This document shows positions 1 to 10,553 of a stretch of 39,853 bases of DNA, piece after piece. Each line of letters opens with the position of its first letter. The first letter of the stretch is position 1. This DNA is from Thraustochytrium aureum (Eukaryota): positions 1 through 39,853 of the forward strand of contig BLSG01000447.1 of the NCBI GenBank assembly GCA_012862495.1, read 5' to 3'. The position numbers and the translations under genes are program-made. The notes below the pieces were generated by a model, which made no database searches, was not told where the DNA came from, and was given only the letters and a program-made list of their open reading frames with translations.

Positions 1-1948
1 CCTTCGTGCATCTCTCCCGTCAGTCGGGTCGTTCGCAGAGCGGCAGGTGGGGGATGGACACGTGCGTGCGTGCAGTGCAGCGCGCCTCCGACAGCCCGAG
101 GAGGAGGATGGATAGCCGGCCTGCCGCTCCTCTCAGGCCGGCTGATGCTGGTCGACGCTCCCTGCGCGCAGGTCAAGAGCCGCCATTGGAAATCGCCAAG
201 ATCACCGCCCGATCGCTTCCCTCACCGTCGCCGCCGGAGAAGCCATCGGAGGGAAGGAAGGCACCCTACCAGAACGGACGGGCTGCAGCGCCTGCTGGCG
301 CAGAAGAGCAGGTCAGCTACCTACTACTCAACCGAGGAGGCTGCTACTACCACGTCGTCGACGCCGTGCAAAGCAAGCGGGCAGGCCCCACGGCAGCGCC
401 GTCACGCCAGGTCCTCGCTGCTCTCGCTCGTCGAAGCGACCCGAAGCGCCAGCTGACGACGACTGTTGGACTGGGCAAAACGCCCTCTGGCTCGGCAAGT
501 AAACACAGCCGCCGTTCGCTGGTCCTCCCGTTCGTTTGCTTCAAATTGCTTGTCTGCGAGGGAGAATGAACGTCAGAGCGAATTCAGAAAGAAGGTAAAC
601 TGCTTCAGGTTTCAGAACAGATGCGTCCCAGCGCCAGAACCAAACTGCCACGCATCGGGTCCTGTGCACCCCAAGTCGAAAAAACCTACTGCTTCAATCG
701 CGAAGAGTAGCGTTGGAATTGGTTATTCGCCGACGGAAAGAGACTCACGCAATGCACCCGTCACGTGCCCTCGAGAAGAACACGTGCGGACTGCGCTGGG
801 CTGTGGGACGCGCCTCCTGCCGGAGAAACCTCAACGAAGGGACTCGCGTGAAACCCGCGCAGAGAAGCTTACTCCCGGGCCCCCTGAGGAGCTCCCTCCC
901 TCTCTACGACTTGGCCAGAGAAGCGCCTGAGAGGGAGCGGAATTCGGAACCCACTCCCTCTTGCGAGAGAGAGGAGGAAAAGGGAAAGAGACAGCGACCG
1001 AACGAACGAACGAACGAACGAGGGCGGGAACGCGCTGTTCTGTTCCGTTCGGTTCCCCTCGCTCGCCGTCGCCCGTTTGTTCTTTCTCTCACATTCTGCT
1101 TACCTGCGCACCTATTCGCTTGTTCTTTCCCTCACATTCTGCTNNNNNNNNNNNNNNNNNNNNNNNNNNNNNNNNNNNNNNNNNNNNNNNNNNNNNNNNN
1201 NNNNNNNNNNNNNNNNNNNNNNNNNNNNNNNNNNNNNNNNNNNNNNNNNNNNNNNNNNNNNNNNNNNNNNNNNNNNNNNNNNNNNNNNNNNNNNNNNNNN
1301 NNNNNNNNNNNNNNNNNNNNNNNNNNNNNNNNNNNNNNNNNNNNNNNNNNNNNNNNNNNNNNNNNNNNNNNNNNNNNNNNNNNNNNNNNNNNNNNNNNNN
1401 NNNNNNNNNNNNNNNNNNNNNNNNNNNNNNNNNNNNNNNNNNNNNNNNNNNNNNNNNNNNNNNNNNNNNNNNNNNNNNNNNNNNNNNNNNNNNNNNNNNN
1501 NNNNNNNNNNNNNNNNNNNNNNNNNNNNNNNNNNNNNNNNNNNNNNNNNNNNNNNNNNNNNNNNNNNNNNNNNNNNNNNNNNNNNNNNNNNNNNNNNNNN
1601 NNNNNNNNNNNNNNNNNNNNNNNNNNNNNNNNNNNNNNNNNNNNNNNNNNNNNNNNNNNNNNNNNNNNNNNNNNNNNNNNNNNNNNNNNNNNNNNNNNNN
1701 NNNNNNNNNNNNNNNNNNNNNNNNNNNNNNNNNNNNNNNNNNNNNNNNNNNNNNNNNNNNNNNNNNNNNNNNNNNNNNNNNNNNNNNNNNNNNNNNNNNN
1801 NNNNNNNNNNNNNNNNNNNNNNNNNNNNNNNNNNNNNNNNNNNNNNNNNNNNNNNNNNNNNNNNNNNNNNNNNNNNNNNNNNNNNNNNNNNNNNNNNNNN
1901 NNNNNNNNNNNNNNNNNNNNNNNNNNNNNNNNNNNNNNNNNNNNNNNN

Positions 1949-4291
1949 ACGAGCTGTCAGGTCACCTCGTGGGACATCCACGACAACATGGCCGGAACCT
2001 CGGAGACGTCCTCCTCGCTGGCCCACGAGGACATGATCGGCGCTGAAGCTGCGGAAGCAGACTTTGACGCACCAAAGTCGCCCGCAGCCCCGGACCAGGC
2101 CTCGCTAACGCCGAGAACCGACGGCGCAGGCGACGGCGGAGCCTCTCCAGCAGCAGAGCCCCGGGGAGGCAACGACGAACAGCGCGAGCGCTGCTTCCGA
2201 GGTCAAGGTGGCCGCCAAGGCCGCTTCCACGGGATCGCTCGCCGCGTCTATTGCCTCGGAGCGCGAGCGCCAGGTCGAGCGCCTCGTCGCGTCGAGCATG
2301 GGCGCAGAAGGCTGCCTCATCCCCGTCGAAGCCTCTGCAAAGGCGACCGCGGCTAAAGCCAAGGCCGCCACTGCGGTGCAAGACGAGGACGAGGCCGCGA
2401 TCCTCGGCTCGGAGGAGCTGCTCGAATCTCTGCGCACCGTCGAACGAGGCATCCAGCAGAATGTGTACCACAGCCAGCACCTCTTGTACCGCGCCGTCCC
2501 GATCGCCGATGTCGAGTACGCGCACAACAAGCTGGCCAGCGCTCTCGATGCGCCGAGCTCCACCGCACTCGCAAGCCCCGCGGAGGGCGACGGCGCCGCG
2601 CTAGCCCGGGGCGCCTTGGACGGCAACTCGATCGACCTCAACGCGGCCTCTGCTACGGGCGACGCGTCCGCCGGGAGCGCCGAGCCGGATGCCGCAGCTC
2701 CCAGCGCGCAGGGCACGCCGGCAGACGACAGCGCGGCCGCGAGCGACCTTGGCGTGCCCTCGCTAGAGGCGGACCCGAGCCGAACCGAGGGCAGCGGCGC
2801 GCCAGAACCGGGCAGCGAGGAAGGCGCCTTCGCAGGAGAACTGAGTTCGCAGAGCAAGGAAGCCGAGCAGCCGGACCTGCAGCTCCTCTGGAAGTTCGGG
2901 TGCGAGGAGACCAAGGGGCGAAACGTGTCGTGCATGTCGTGGAACAAGCTCAACCAAGACCTACTCGCGGTCTCGTATTGCCAGTTCCAGTTTTCCGATC
3001 AGCGCGACGGGCTCATTCTGTTTTGGACCCTGAAAAACCCCGAATACCCAGAGCGCATCATTCGCAGCGAGTCTGGTGTGTGCAGCATCGATTTTTCCAC
3101 GGCCAGCCCGAGCCTCTTGGCTGCCGGCATGTACGACGGCACGGTCGCCATCTACGATCTGCACCGCGAAGGCGAGGCCGGGCTCCGCCCCGTCTTGGAC
3201 AGCTCGCGGATGCCGACGCAGCACAAGGACGCCGTGTGGCAGGTCAAGTGGGTCACCAAGAGCGAGCGCGGCGAGGTTCTCGTTTCACTTAGCACAGACG
3301 GCCGTGTCACCGAGTGGTCGCTCAAGAAGGGCCTCGCGAGCACAGACCTCATGGTGCTCAAGCGCGTGCAGGTGCCTGCCGAGCTCGGCGGGAGCGGCGA
3401 GGGCATTATTTCGCGGACCGCTGCGGGCCTCAGCTTGGACTTTCCCTCCAACGACCCGGGAACCTACTATACCGGGACGGAGGACGGCNNNNNNNNNNNN
3501 NNNNNNNNNNNNNNNNNNNNNNNNNNNNNNNNNNNNNNNNNNNNNNNNNNNNNNNNNNNNNNNNNNNNNNNNNNNNNNNNNNNNNNNNNNNNNNNNNNNN
3601 NNNNNNNNNNNNNNNNNNNNNNNNNNNNNNNNNNNNNNNNNNNNNNNNNNNNNNNNNNNNNNNNNNNNNNNNNNNNNNCGTGCACCGCTGCTCGTGCAGC
3701 TACAACGAGCAGTACCTCGAGACCTACTACGCGCACTCTGGGCCGGTCTACAAGGTGCGCTGCTCGCCGTTCTGGCCCGAGGCCTTTCTCACCTGCAGCG
3801 CAGACTGGTCGGTGCGCTTGTGGGAGCCCGACCACGACGAGCCCCTCTTGCACTTTCAGTCCGTCGACCTCGCAGACGTCGTGCACGACGTGGCCTGGTC
3901 AACCTCGCAGTCCACAGTCTTCGGCGCCGTTGCTGGAGACGGCCGCCTGGAGATTTGGGACTTGGCGAAGAGCACGCTGGACCCCGTCATCACGCGATAC
4001 ATTGACAACGCCGCGGAGCGCAAGGTCAAGTTGCAGCGGTCTGCGTCAAGAGGAGCCGTTTCCCCGCCTCCGCCGCCGGACGAAGCAAATGGCGCCGAGG
4101 GCAAGGGCCGCGCCTCGTTCTACTTTTCTTCTGTCTCGTTCGCGTGCAATGCGCCGATCGTCGTTGCGGGCTCTTCCCAAGGGGTCATTGACGTTTATCG
4201 CATTCGCGGCCTCGACACGGCCTACGCAAACGACGAGGAGGCGGCGCAGCTGCTGCAGCACGTCGTGGAGCAAAACCAAAAGTCTAACTGA
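1949..4291 (+). CDS. DNAI4: Axonemal inner-arm dynein intermediate chain, WDR78/DNAI4 (IC138)-like WD40 protein; 5' end lies in gap 1144-1948; frameshift at about 2110-2200; internal gap 3489-3678
   Basis: Peptides VERGIQQNVY, LWKFGCEETKGRNVSCMSWNKLNQDLLAVSY, LILFWTLKNPEYPERI, HKDAVWQVKW, YYTGTEDG, VHRCSCSYNEQYLETYYAHSGPVYKVRCSPF, TCSADW and EIWDLAKSTLDP closely follow WDR78 as I recall it. Joined from three frames (1949-~2150, 2208-3488, 3680-4291). Confidence 0.9.
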
Positions 4292-4508
4292 TAATGCCTT
4301 GCTTTGTGCTTGTTGCCTCGCCTTAGAAAAAGCAGCCCTTGCCCAACCTGGAGCCAGCCTCCGCGCAGAATCGAGTCTACGAGGCGCTCGAGGCACGCCA
4401 ACTGGCCCAGCCTCAATTTCGTTGGGCTGCTGCCAGCAACCAGAACCTGCTGCTGCTGCTCCGTTTGCCTTCTGGCTCCTGGGAGCGCCCCCACCCCCCT
4501 TTTCCGCC

Positions 4509-6041
4509 CTACTCCTCGCTCGCTCGAGCACGCGGCATCGCCATGTACCGCAAGAGCAGCGCAGCCACATTTACGTTGAGGCTGTTGCCAAGCGTGGAAA
4601 ACTGCTGCTTCAAGGTGACACTAGCGGGGAACTCGTACCAGCTTGGAAACCCCATCAGCGAGGCAATCTCACGCGGCGAAAAGTACCGAAGGCGCAGCGG
4701 GTCCAGCGGCGCGCACCCGTCGGTCACCGTGGCCCACTTCTTCTCCATGCTGCCTGGCATGGCTTGGAATGCGCCCGACTGCTTGATCTGCTCGCGGGCT
4801 TCGTGAAAGCATTCCATCGCCGCAACGACCTTGGCCTTGACCTCAGCAGGCGTCGCGGCCTTCAACTCGGGCGCGTCCGCCAGAATGCAGCCCGCGCCCA
4901 CCTGAAACTTGGTGTAGCTCTTCGTAAAGCAGCCGGACCAGGTCATGCTGTGGCCGACAATGCTGTACATGTTGGCGGCCTTCCACTTGGTCGGCCCGGA
5001 AATGGCCACCTCTGCCGGGTCGGGATCCTCTTGCAAATAGTCGCGGAGCGGGCTGCAGCTGCTCCGGTGGTCTGCGAGCGCCTCCAAATTGCCACTCTCG
5101 CGCGCCGCGGCAAGCGCGCTGGCCATCCGTGCTGTCACGAGGCCCTCTCCTGACACCCCGGCCTTGTTGATGATCGTGTGGATCGTCTCGCCCGGACGCA
5201 GCGAAACCACTTCGCTCGTCGTGAACGCCTCCTGGTTCACTGGGACGCGGAGGTCGTCAGCGATCTGCGAATTTGTTGGTTCAAACTCTTGCGCGACGCG
5301 CCCGTCCCATCCAGCGAAGCCGAAGGGCTTGAGTCGGGCCATGACGAAGAGTCGCGGCCGCGAGTTGGGGATGCCCAGCATTAGGGGGCTCAACACCACG
5401 CACTGCCAGTGGTACCCGCGCTTCGCAAACATTTGCTTGAGCCGCGAGAACGTTTCAGACTTTTCAAAGCCGAGAACGTTCTCGAGGATGATCGACTCGG
5501 GCAGCGGCTCGCCGCTCGCCTCAATCAGCTCTATCAGATAGTGCACCGAGAGCGTCCGAGGGTCGCTCGCGCCGGACCGGTCCGGCTCGGCGTCGGGGGC
5601 GGCGGCGGCCGCCCTTTGCCCTGCTTGCTGCGTCAGCCGCGTCGCCGAGTTGAGCTTTCGCCGTGTATACGGTTGGCAAGGCGGGCTCAGCATCAGGAGC
5701 TTGGCGCGCTTCAACCCGTTGTCAAACTCTGGCATACCGGGCTTGACGCACAGCACGTTGCGGTTGCTCACATTCACGCCGTGGCCCAAGTTGTGTTTGT
5801 AGGCAGCGTTGGCGTTCTCATTCATATCAAAGGCGGCCAGCACGCCGTCGGCCAGAACGTCCCCGTGCCGGCAGCTCCACCCCGTCGCGTCCCCGGCATC
5901 GCCTCCGACATCGCCGCCAGTCGTGGCGTCTGGAGCTCGGCCAGCGCCGCCTGAAAACCTGACAACGCCGCTGGCCTTGGCCGCCAAGTGGAAGCCGCCG
6001 AGGCCGCTGTACAGCTCGACAGCGGCTTTCTCCAGCTGCAT
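4509..6041 (-). CDS. DNMT2: tRNA (cytosine-38) C5-methyltransferase DNMT2/TRDMT1
   Basis: C5-MTase motifs in order: ELYSGLGG (I), AAFDMNENAN, LSPPCQPYTR (IV, catalytic Cys), ILENVLGFE (VI), LSPLMLGIPNSRPRLF (VIII), DNMT2-diagnostic CFTKSY, LRYFSPREIASLMGFP (IX), LGNSLNVNV (X). ATG at 6041. Confidence 0.93.
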   Translation of the reverse strand: MQLEKAAVELYSGLGGFHLAAKASGVVRFSGGAGRAPDATTGGDVGGDAGDATGWSCRHGDVLADGVLAAFDMNENANAAYKHNLGHGVNVSNRNVLCVKPGMPEFDNGLKRAKLLMLSPPCQPYTRRKLNSATRLTQQAGQRAAAAAPDAEPDRSGASDPRTLSVHYLIELIEASGEPLPESIILENVLGFEKSETFSRLKQMFAKRGYHWQCVVLSPLMLGIPNSRPRLFVMARLKPFGFAGWDGRVAQEFEPTNSQIADDLRVPVNQEAFTTSEVVSLRPGETIHTIINKAGVSGEGLVTARMASALAAARESGNLEALADHRSSCSPLRDYLQEDPDPAEVAISGPTKWKAANMYSIVGHSMTWSGCFTKSYTKFQVGAGCILADAPELKAATPAEVKAKVVAAMECFHEAREQIKQSGAFQAMPGSMEKKWATVTDGCAPLDPLRLRYFSPREIASLMGFPSWYEFPASVTLKQQFSTLGNSLNVNVAALLLRYMAMPRARASEE

Positions 6042-6723
6042 CCTCGTCGCCGGCCTGCGCGCCGCGTGCACGCAAGGCGCACGGCCTTCCGCTCGCTGGC
6101 GCCACCCGCGGCGCCGCACACCCCGGCCGTTTCTGCCGCGTGTTTTGCACTCTTCCGCGACTTGGGCCGGTGATTTGCAGTGCTTTGGAGATCATTAGAG
6201 AGCGAAACCCGGCGCGTTTCTGGCGTGCGCGCGCGTTGCCTTCAACGGGTTGCGCTGCCCGGCACGTTTCGTAGAGGCTGAGCGTTTTGTGGGGCGCTCC
6301 CGGGCGAAATACATTGTACTTACATTGCACTGGTTTCAATCGTTTGGCTTTTGGGCAAGAAAGTGGTTGCCACGAGGGTCTTTCGAGGCAATGGTTTCTC
6401 TGTAAATGAAAGAACGTGTGTTTTCGTGACTTATGAGGGTGTTTCGAGGAGGATGGTGCTCGAGGAAATCAAGTACTTTTCTGAGGATGTTTCGAGGATT
6501 CATTCAACTCTTGGAGAATCTCTGGCGGCGACGGCCGAGTTTGAGGACGTGCAGGACAGTGTTGAAACGGAGGGCGGTCTGCGGTGCAGGGGTGTGCGTG
6601 TGCTTGCGTGCGGTTGATGTGAAAGCTGCGTTACGGTACTCGACTAGTTTGGTCCGTGCTGGAGCGCGTGGGCGCACGGGCGAACCGGCGGCCTGGGTTG
6701 CGACACGGCGCTGACCGCCGAGG

Positions 6724-9011
6724 ATGACGCGGCTCAGCGCGGTGCTGGCGGAGAAGGCGCGCAAGGGCGAAAAGTGCATCTCGTTCGAGTTTTTTCCGAC
6801 CAAGGTCAAGGAGGATGAAGGCCACGAGGATCTGCTGTTCCAGCGGATTGCGGAGAGGGGGAAANNNNNNNNNNNNNNNNNNNNNNNNNNNNNNNNNNNN
6901 NNNNNNNNNNNNNNNNNNNNNNNNNNNNNNNNNNNNNNNNNNNNNNNNNNNNNNNNNNNNNNNNNNNNNNNNNNNNNNNNNNGGTCCGCGTTCAAGGACG
7001 AGCAGGTGTGGCTCAAGCTGGGGTCGCGCGTGCAAAAGCAGCTCGGTATTGACGTGGTCCTGCACCTGACCTGCCATCTGCCCCGGCAGGACCTGGTGCG
7101 CGTGCTGCGCAACGCCCGCGCGGCCGGAATCGAGAATATCCTCGCGCTGCGCGGCGACTCGGCGCATTTCGCCGCAGGAGGAGGCAGCGGCGGCGGCGGC
7201 GTGGGCGGAGCAAGCAAATGGCGAGCTTGCCAGGACGGGTTTGTGCACGCGATCGAGCTCGTGCACCTGATCCGCGCCGTGCACGGCGACCACTTTTGTG
7301 TCGGCGTCGCCGCGTACCCCGAGGTGCACACGAGCGCGTGGAACTCAGAGTTTTTGCCCCCAAGCGACCAGGCGCGCGCCCTGGACCTCGAGCGGCTCAA
7401 GGACAAGGTGGATGCCGGCGCAGACTTTGTCATCTCCCAATTCACGTACGACGTGGACGTCTTCTTCGCATTCCAGCGGAGGTGCCGCGAAGCGGGGATC
7501 AAAGTCCCGATCATCGCCGGGTACGCGCCGATCCAAAACTACTCGTCTTACCAGCGGTTCAAGGCCTGGGTCAAGCCCCACGTGCCGCCGGATATCGAAG
7601 CCGACCTGGCCCGAATCAAAGGCAACGACGAAGACGTGCGCGAGTTCGGGGTGGAGCTGGGCGTGCGCCAGGTGGGCGCTCTCTTGCGCGGCGAGGTGCC
7701 CGCGATCCACTTTTTCACGCTCAACTTGGCGAGCTCGGTGGCAGCCATCTTGCGCCGTCTCGGCCTGCGCGACGACCAAAACGCGCACCACGAGCGCGAG
7801 CTGCCCTTCCGCGGCGTGATCCGGGACCAGGAGGAGATCCGGCCCATTTTTTGGGCCAACCGGCATGCGTCCTACTTGTCTCGCACTTCGACATGGGAGG
7901 AGTTCCCCAACGGCCGCTGGGGCGACGCGCGCAGCGCGGCCACGTTTGAACTCGCCGAGTACTACCTCGCCGAGAAAGCGCGCAACCCGGACGACACGCT
8001 TGCCAAGTGGGGCACGCCGCAGAACGCGCAAGAGGTCGCCGAGGTCTTTGTGCGCTACATGCGCGGTCAGATCGACCAGCTGCCATGGTGTGACCAGGAT
8101 CTCGCGCTCGAGACCGAGGCCATCTCCGAATCGCTGTGCTGGATCAACCGTCACGGGTTCCTCACTATCAACAGCCAGCCCAAGGTGAACGGCGTCTCCT
8201 CCACGAACAGGCTGTACGGGTGGGGCGGCCCCGACGGGCTCTGCTTCCAGAAGGCCTACGTCGAGTTTTCTGCGCGCCGGAAATGTGGTTCAAGCTGCAG
8301 GCCTGCATGAAGGAGGACGCGTTTCGCGGGCGCCTCTCCTACCACGCCATTAACGCGGCCGGAGACGAGTTTATCGACGAAGCCGAGCACGGCGCCAAGG
8401 CGAACGGCGCTGCCCAGCCTCGCAACGCCAACCTGCGACTGCGCAAGAACTCTGTGGTGGACGAGCTTGTCGAGCAAAAGGAGTCGCGCCCTGGCCGCGT
8501 CAACGCCGTGACGTGGGGTGTGTTCCCCGGGCGGGAGATTATCCAGCCCACAGTCGTCGACACGGAGAGCTTTCGCGTTTGGAAGGACGAGGCCTTCGAG
8601 CTTTGGCTCTCGCACTGGGCGTCCATCTACGAAGACGATGAAGACTCTGGGCTGCAGAGCAAAGAGCGCAGCACCGCGTCGAAGACGCTGCGCGAGATCC
8701 ACGACACCTGGTTCCTCGTCAACATCGTCGACAACGACTACGTGTCCGTGTCGAGCGACATCTTTGACATTTTCAAAAAGGTTATTCTCGACGATATGAG
8801 CCCGCGCCAGCTCCGCGACCGTGTCGACGCGCTCGAGCGCGAGAACGCCATGCTCTATCGCGAGCTTCTCAAGGCTCAGACGCGGATCGAGGGGTTGGTG
8901 CAGGCGTCTGGCGCGCCTGCGGCCCGGTCGAGCGAGGCAACAATAGGCGTGGCGGCGAGCCCTCCAGCTGCCTCGAAGGGGACTGCTTCGCCAGCCGCGC
9001 GTCAAAGTTAG
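6724..9011 (+). CDS. MTHFR: Methylenetetrahydrofolate reductase, eukaryote type (catalytic barrel + SAM-binding regulatory domain + C-terminal coiled coil); frameshift at T4 8266-8269; gap 6865-6982
   Basis: Catalytic motifs [39 protein letters not shown] and IHFFTLN. Regulatory motifs [63 protein letters not shown] and [11 protein letters not shown]. One added T at 8266-8269 joins the two frames as EFFCAPE. Confidence 0.95.
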
Positions 9012-9481
9012 TTTCTGGGGCGCCTTCGTCGCCTCGCTTGGAGCGCCAAGCGCTCTCAACCTCTTGAGCTAGCCCTTTACATGGTTTGGGACGAGCGTTG
9101 CGCGAACCGAACTCTGTGAAAAATGGCACAACTGTTTTTGCAATTGGTTTGGAGTTGCTCATCCGAAAAACGAAAGAACCCATCGAGACTTTGGAATCCT
9201 GCGCGTGCGCGGCATGGCCTGGGGCCGGTGTACTCCCATCCTTGCGTCGCCCCACACAACAGCCGCTCCCCCCACCTCGGCCNNNNNNNNNNNNNNNNNN
9301 NNNNNNNNNNNNNNNNNNNNNNNNNNNNNNNNNNNNNNNNNNNNNNNNNNNNNNNNNNNNNNNNNNNNNNNNNNNNNNNNNNNNNNNNNNNNNNGTGACG
9401 ACCAAGATCCTCGCGCCCCCCGTCTCTTTCTGCGTAGGTATAGTGTAGTCACACACCAACCGCATCGACCAGACCAAGATC

Positions 9482-10553
9482 CTAGTCTTGGTCAAAACTG
9501 ACTGTGAGCAGAGAGCGGTGCGGGGGGGCTATCGACATGCGAAGCGTCTCGCCATAGTTGACGTCCTGCGACTCGATACCGTCAAAGGTGAGGACGCCAT
9601 CCCACGCAAGAGAGCGGATCTCGATCCACTCGTCAAACCCGTGCTTTGGGTGCTTTGACAACGGCGTGTCGTGCAGCCCGTACCAGCCATTCAAAACCAG
9701 CTCTCGCATGCAGTACTGGATCTGCTGCGAGGTCGGCGAAAACTCGTACTCTTGGTTGACGAGCTCCGAGACGCGGTCAATGTCCTCGTCGCCAAGCGCG
9801 GCGAGGAGGCCCGGGCGCACCTGCTCCATCATGCGGCAAACGCGGGCCACGTCGGTTCTGTGGACCATGTTGGCGCTGCTCATCCACGCAGTGCTCCCCG
9901 TCCCGGTGGCCACGATGAGGCCGCTGCTCCTCTGCACGACGCCTTTCGGGCAGCTCGAGGGCAGGCGCGTCTCGTGCACGGTGGGGCGACTCGCGTCGCG
10001 CTCGGCGTAGAAGACCTCGTTCAGTGCCAGAAGCGGCGAGTCTTCGCAACGAGAGGCCATGTGGACCTGGATGCGCGACCGGAGGAGGGGCGAGCACTTG
10101 CCGGCGCGCAGCTTGTCGAGGACGCCGCGCTCAAAGGATTGGCCCGCATCCAGGCGAAAGGCGCACAAGTGGCCGTGCGAGTGCGCCGGATCGGTGTTGA
10201 TGGCGACCACAGGGATGTCGCTCGATTTGATCCGGGCCGCTGTTTCCAGCACGGTGCCGTCGCCGCCGGCGGTCATCACGCAGTCGACCGTCTCCAGGTC
10301 CGAGGCGATCAGCGCAGGCGCTCGAACGAGGCGCACGTCGCACCCGCGGCGGGTCATGGAGCGCATGAGCTTGTCGAGCGCGTCATGGTGGGCGTGATGC
10401 GCCTGCCGGATCCGTTCGCAGGGAAACCCTTTCGCCGTGAGCAGCCGGGCCAGCTCGTCCCCGCCAACCCCTGCCGAACCTGGTGCTAGCGAACTCCCAC
10501 CTCGTCCGCTTGGACACTATCAGCACGCGTCGCAGGGCCCGCAGCCGCTCCAT
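9482..10553 (-). CDS. NADK2: NAD kinase, NADK2 (mitochondrial-type) family; frameshift at about 10459-10471; true start may be further upstream (frame open into gap 10691-11583)
   Basis: RVLIVSKRTRWE, TAGGDGT, VVAINTDPAHSHGHLC (NADK2-type NTDPxxSxGxLC), ALNEVFYAE, RSSGLIVATGTGSTAW. The upstream in-frame sequence is Arg/Ala-rich, like a transit peptide. Confidence 0.88.

Noticed and set aside
1..14. 14-bp inverted match to 12189-12202 (ccttcgtgcatctc)
   Set aside because: A few matches of this length are expected by chance in 40 kb; it cannot be extended within the window.
6..930. ORFs 6-569 and 466-930 as genes
   Set aside because: No recognisable domain and weak codon bias; a small gene cannot be excluded but is unsupported.
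4509..6041. DNA methyltransferase of a restriction-modification or defence system
   Set aside because: The CFT motif and other signatures indicate DNMT2; the context is eukaryotic and no nuclease is adjacent.
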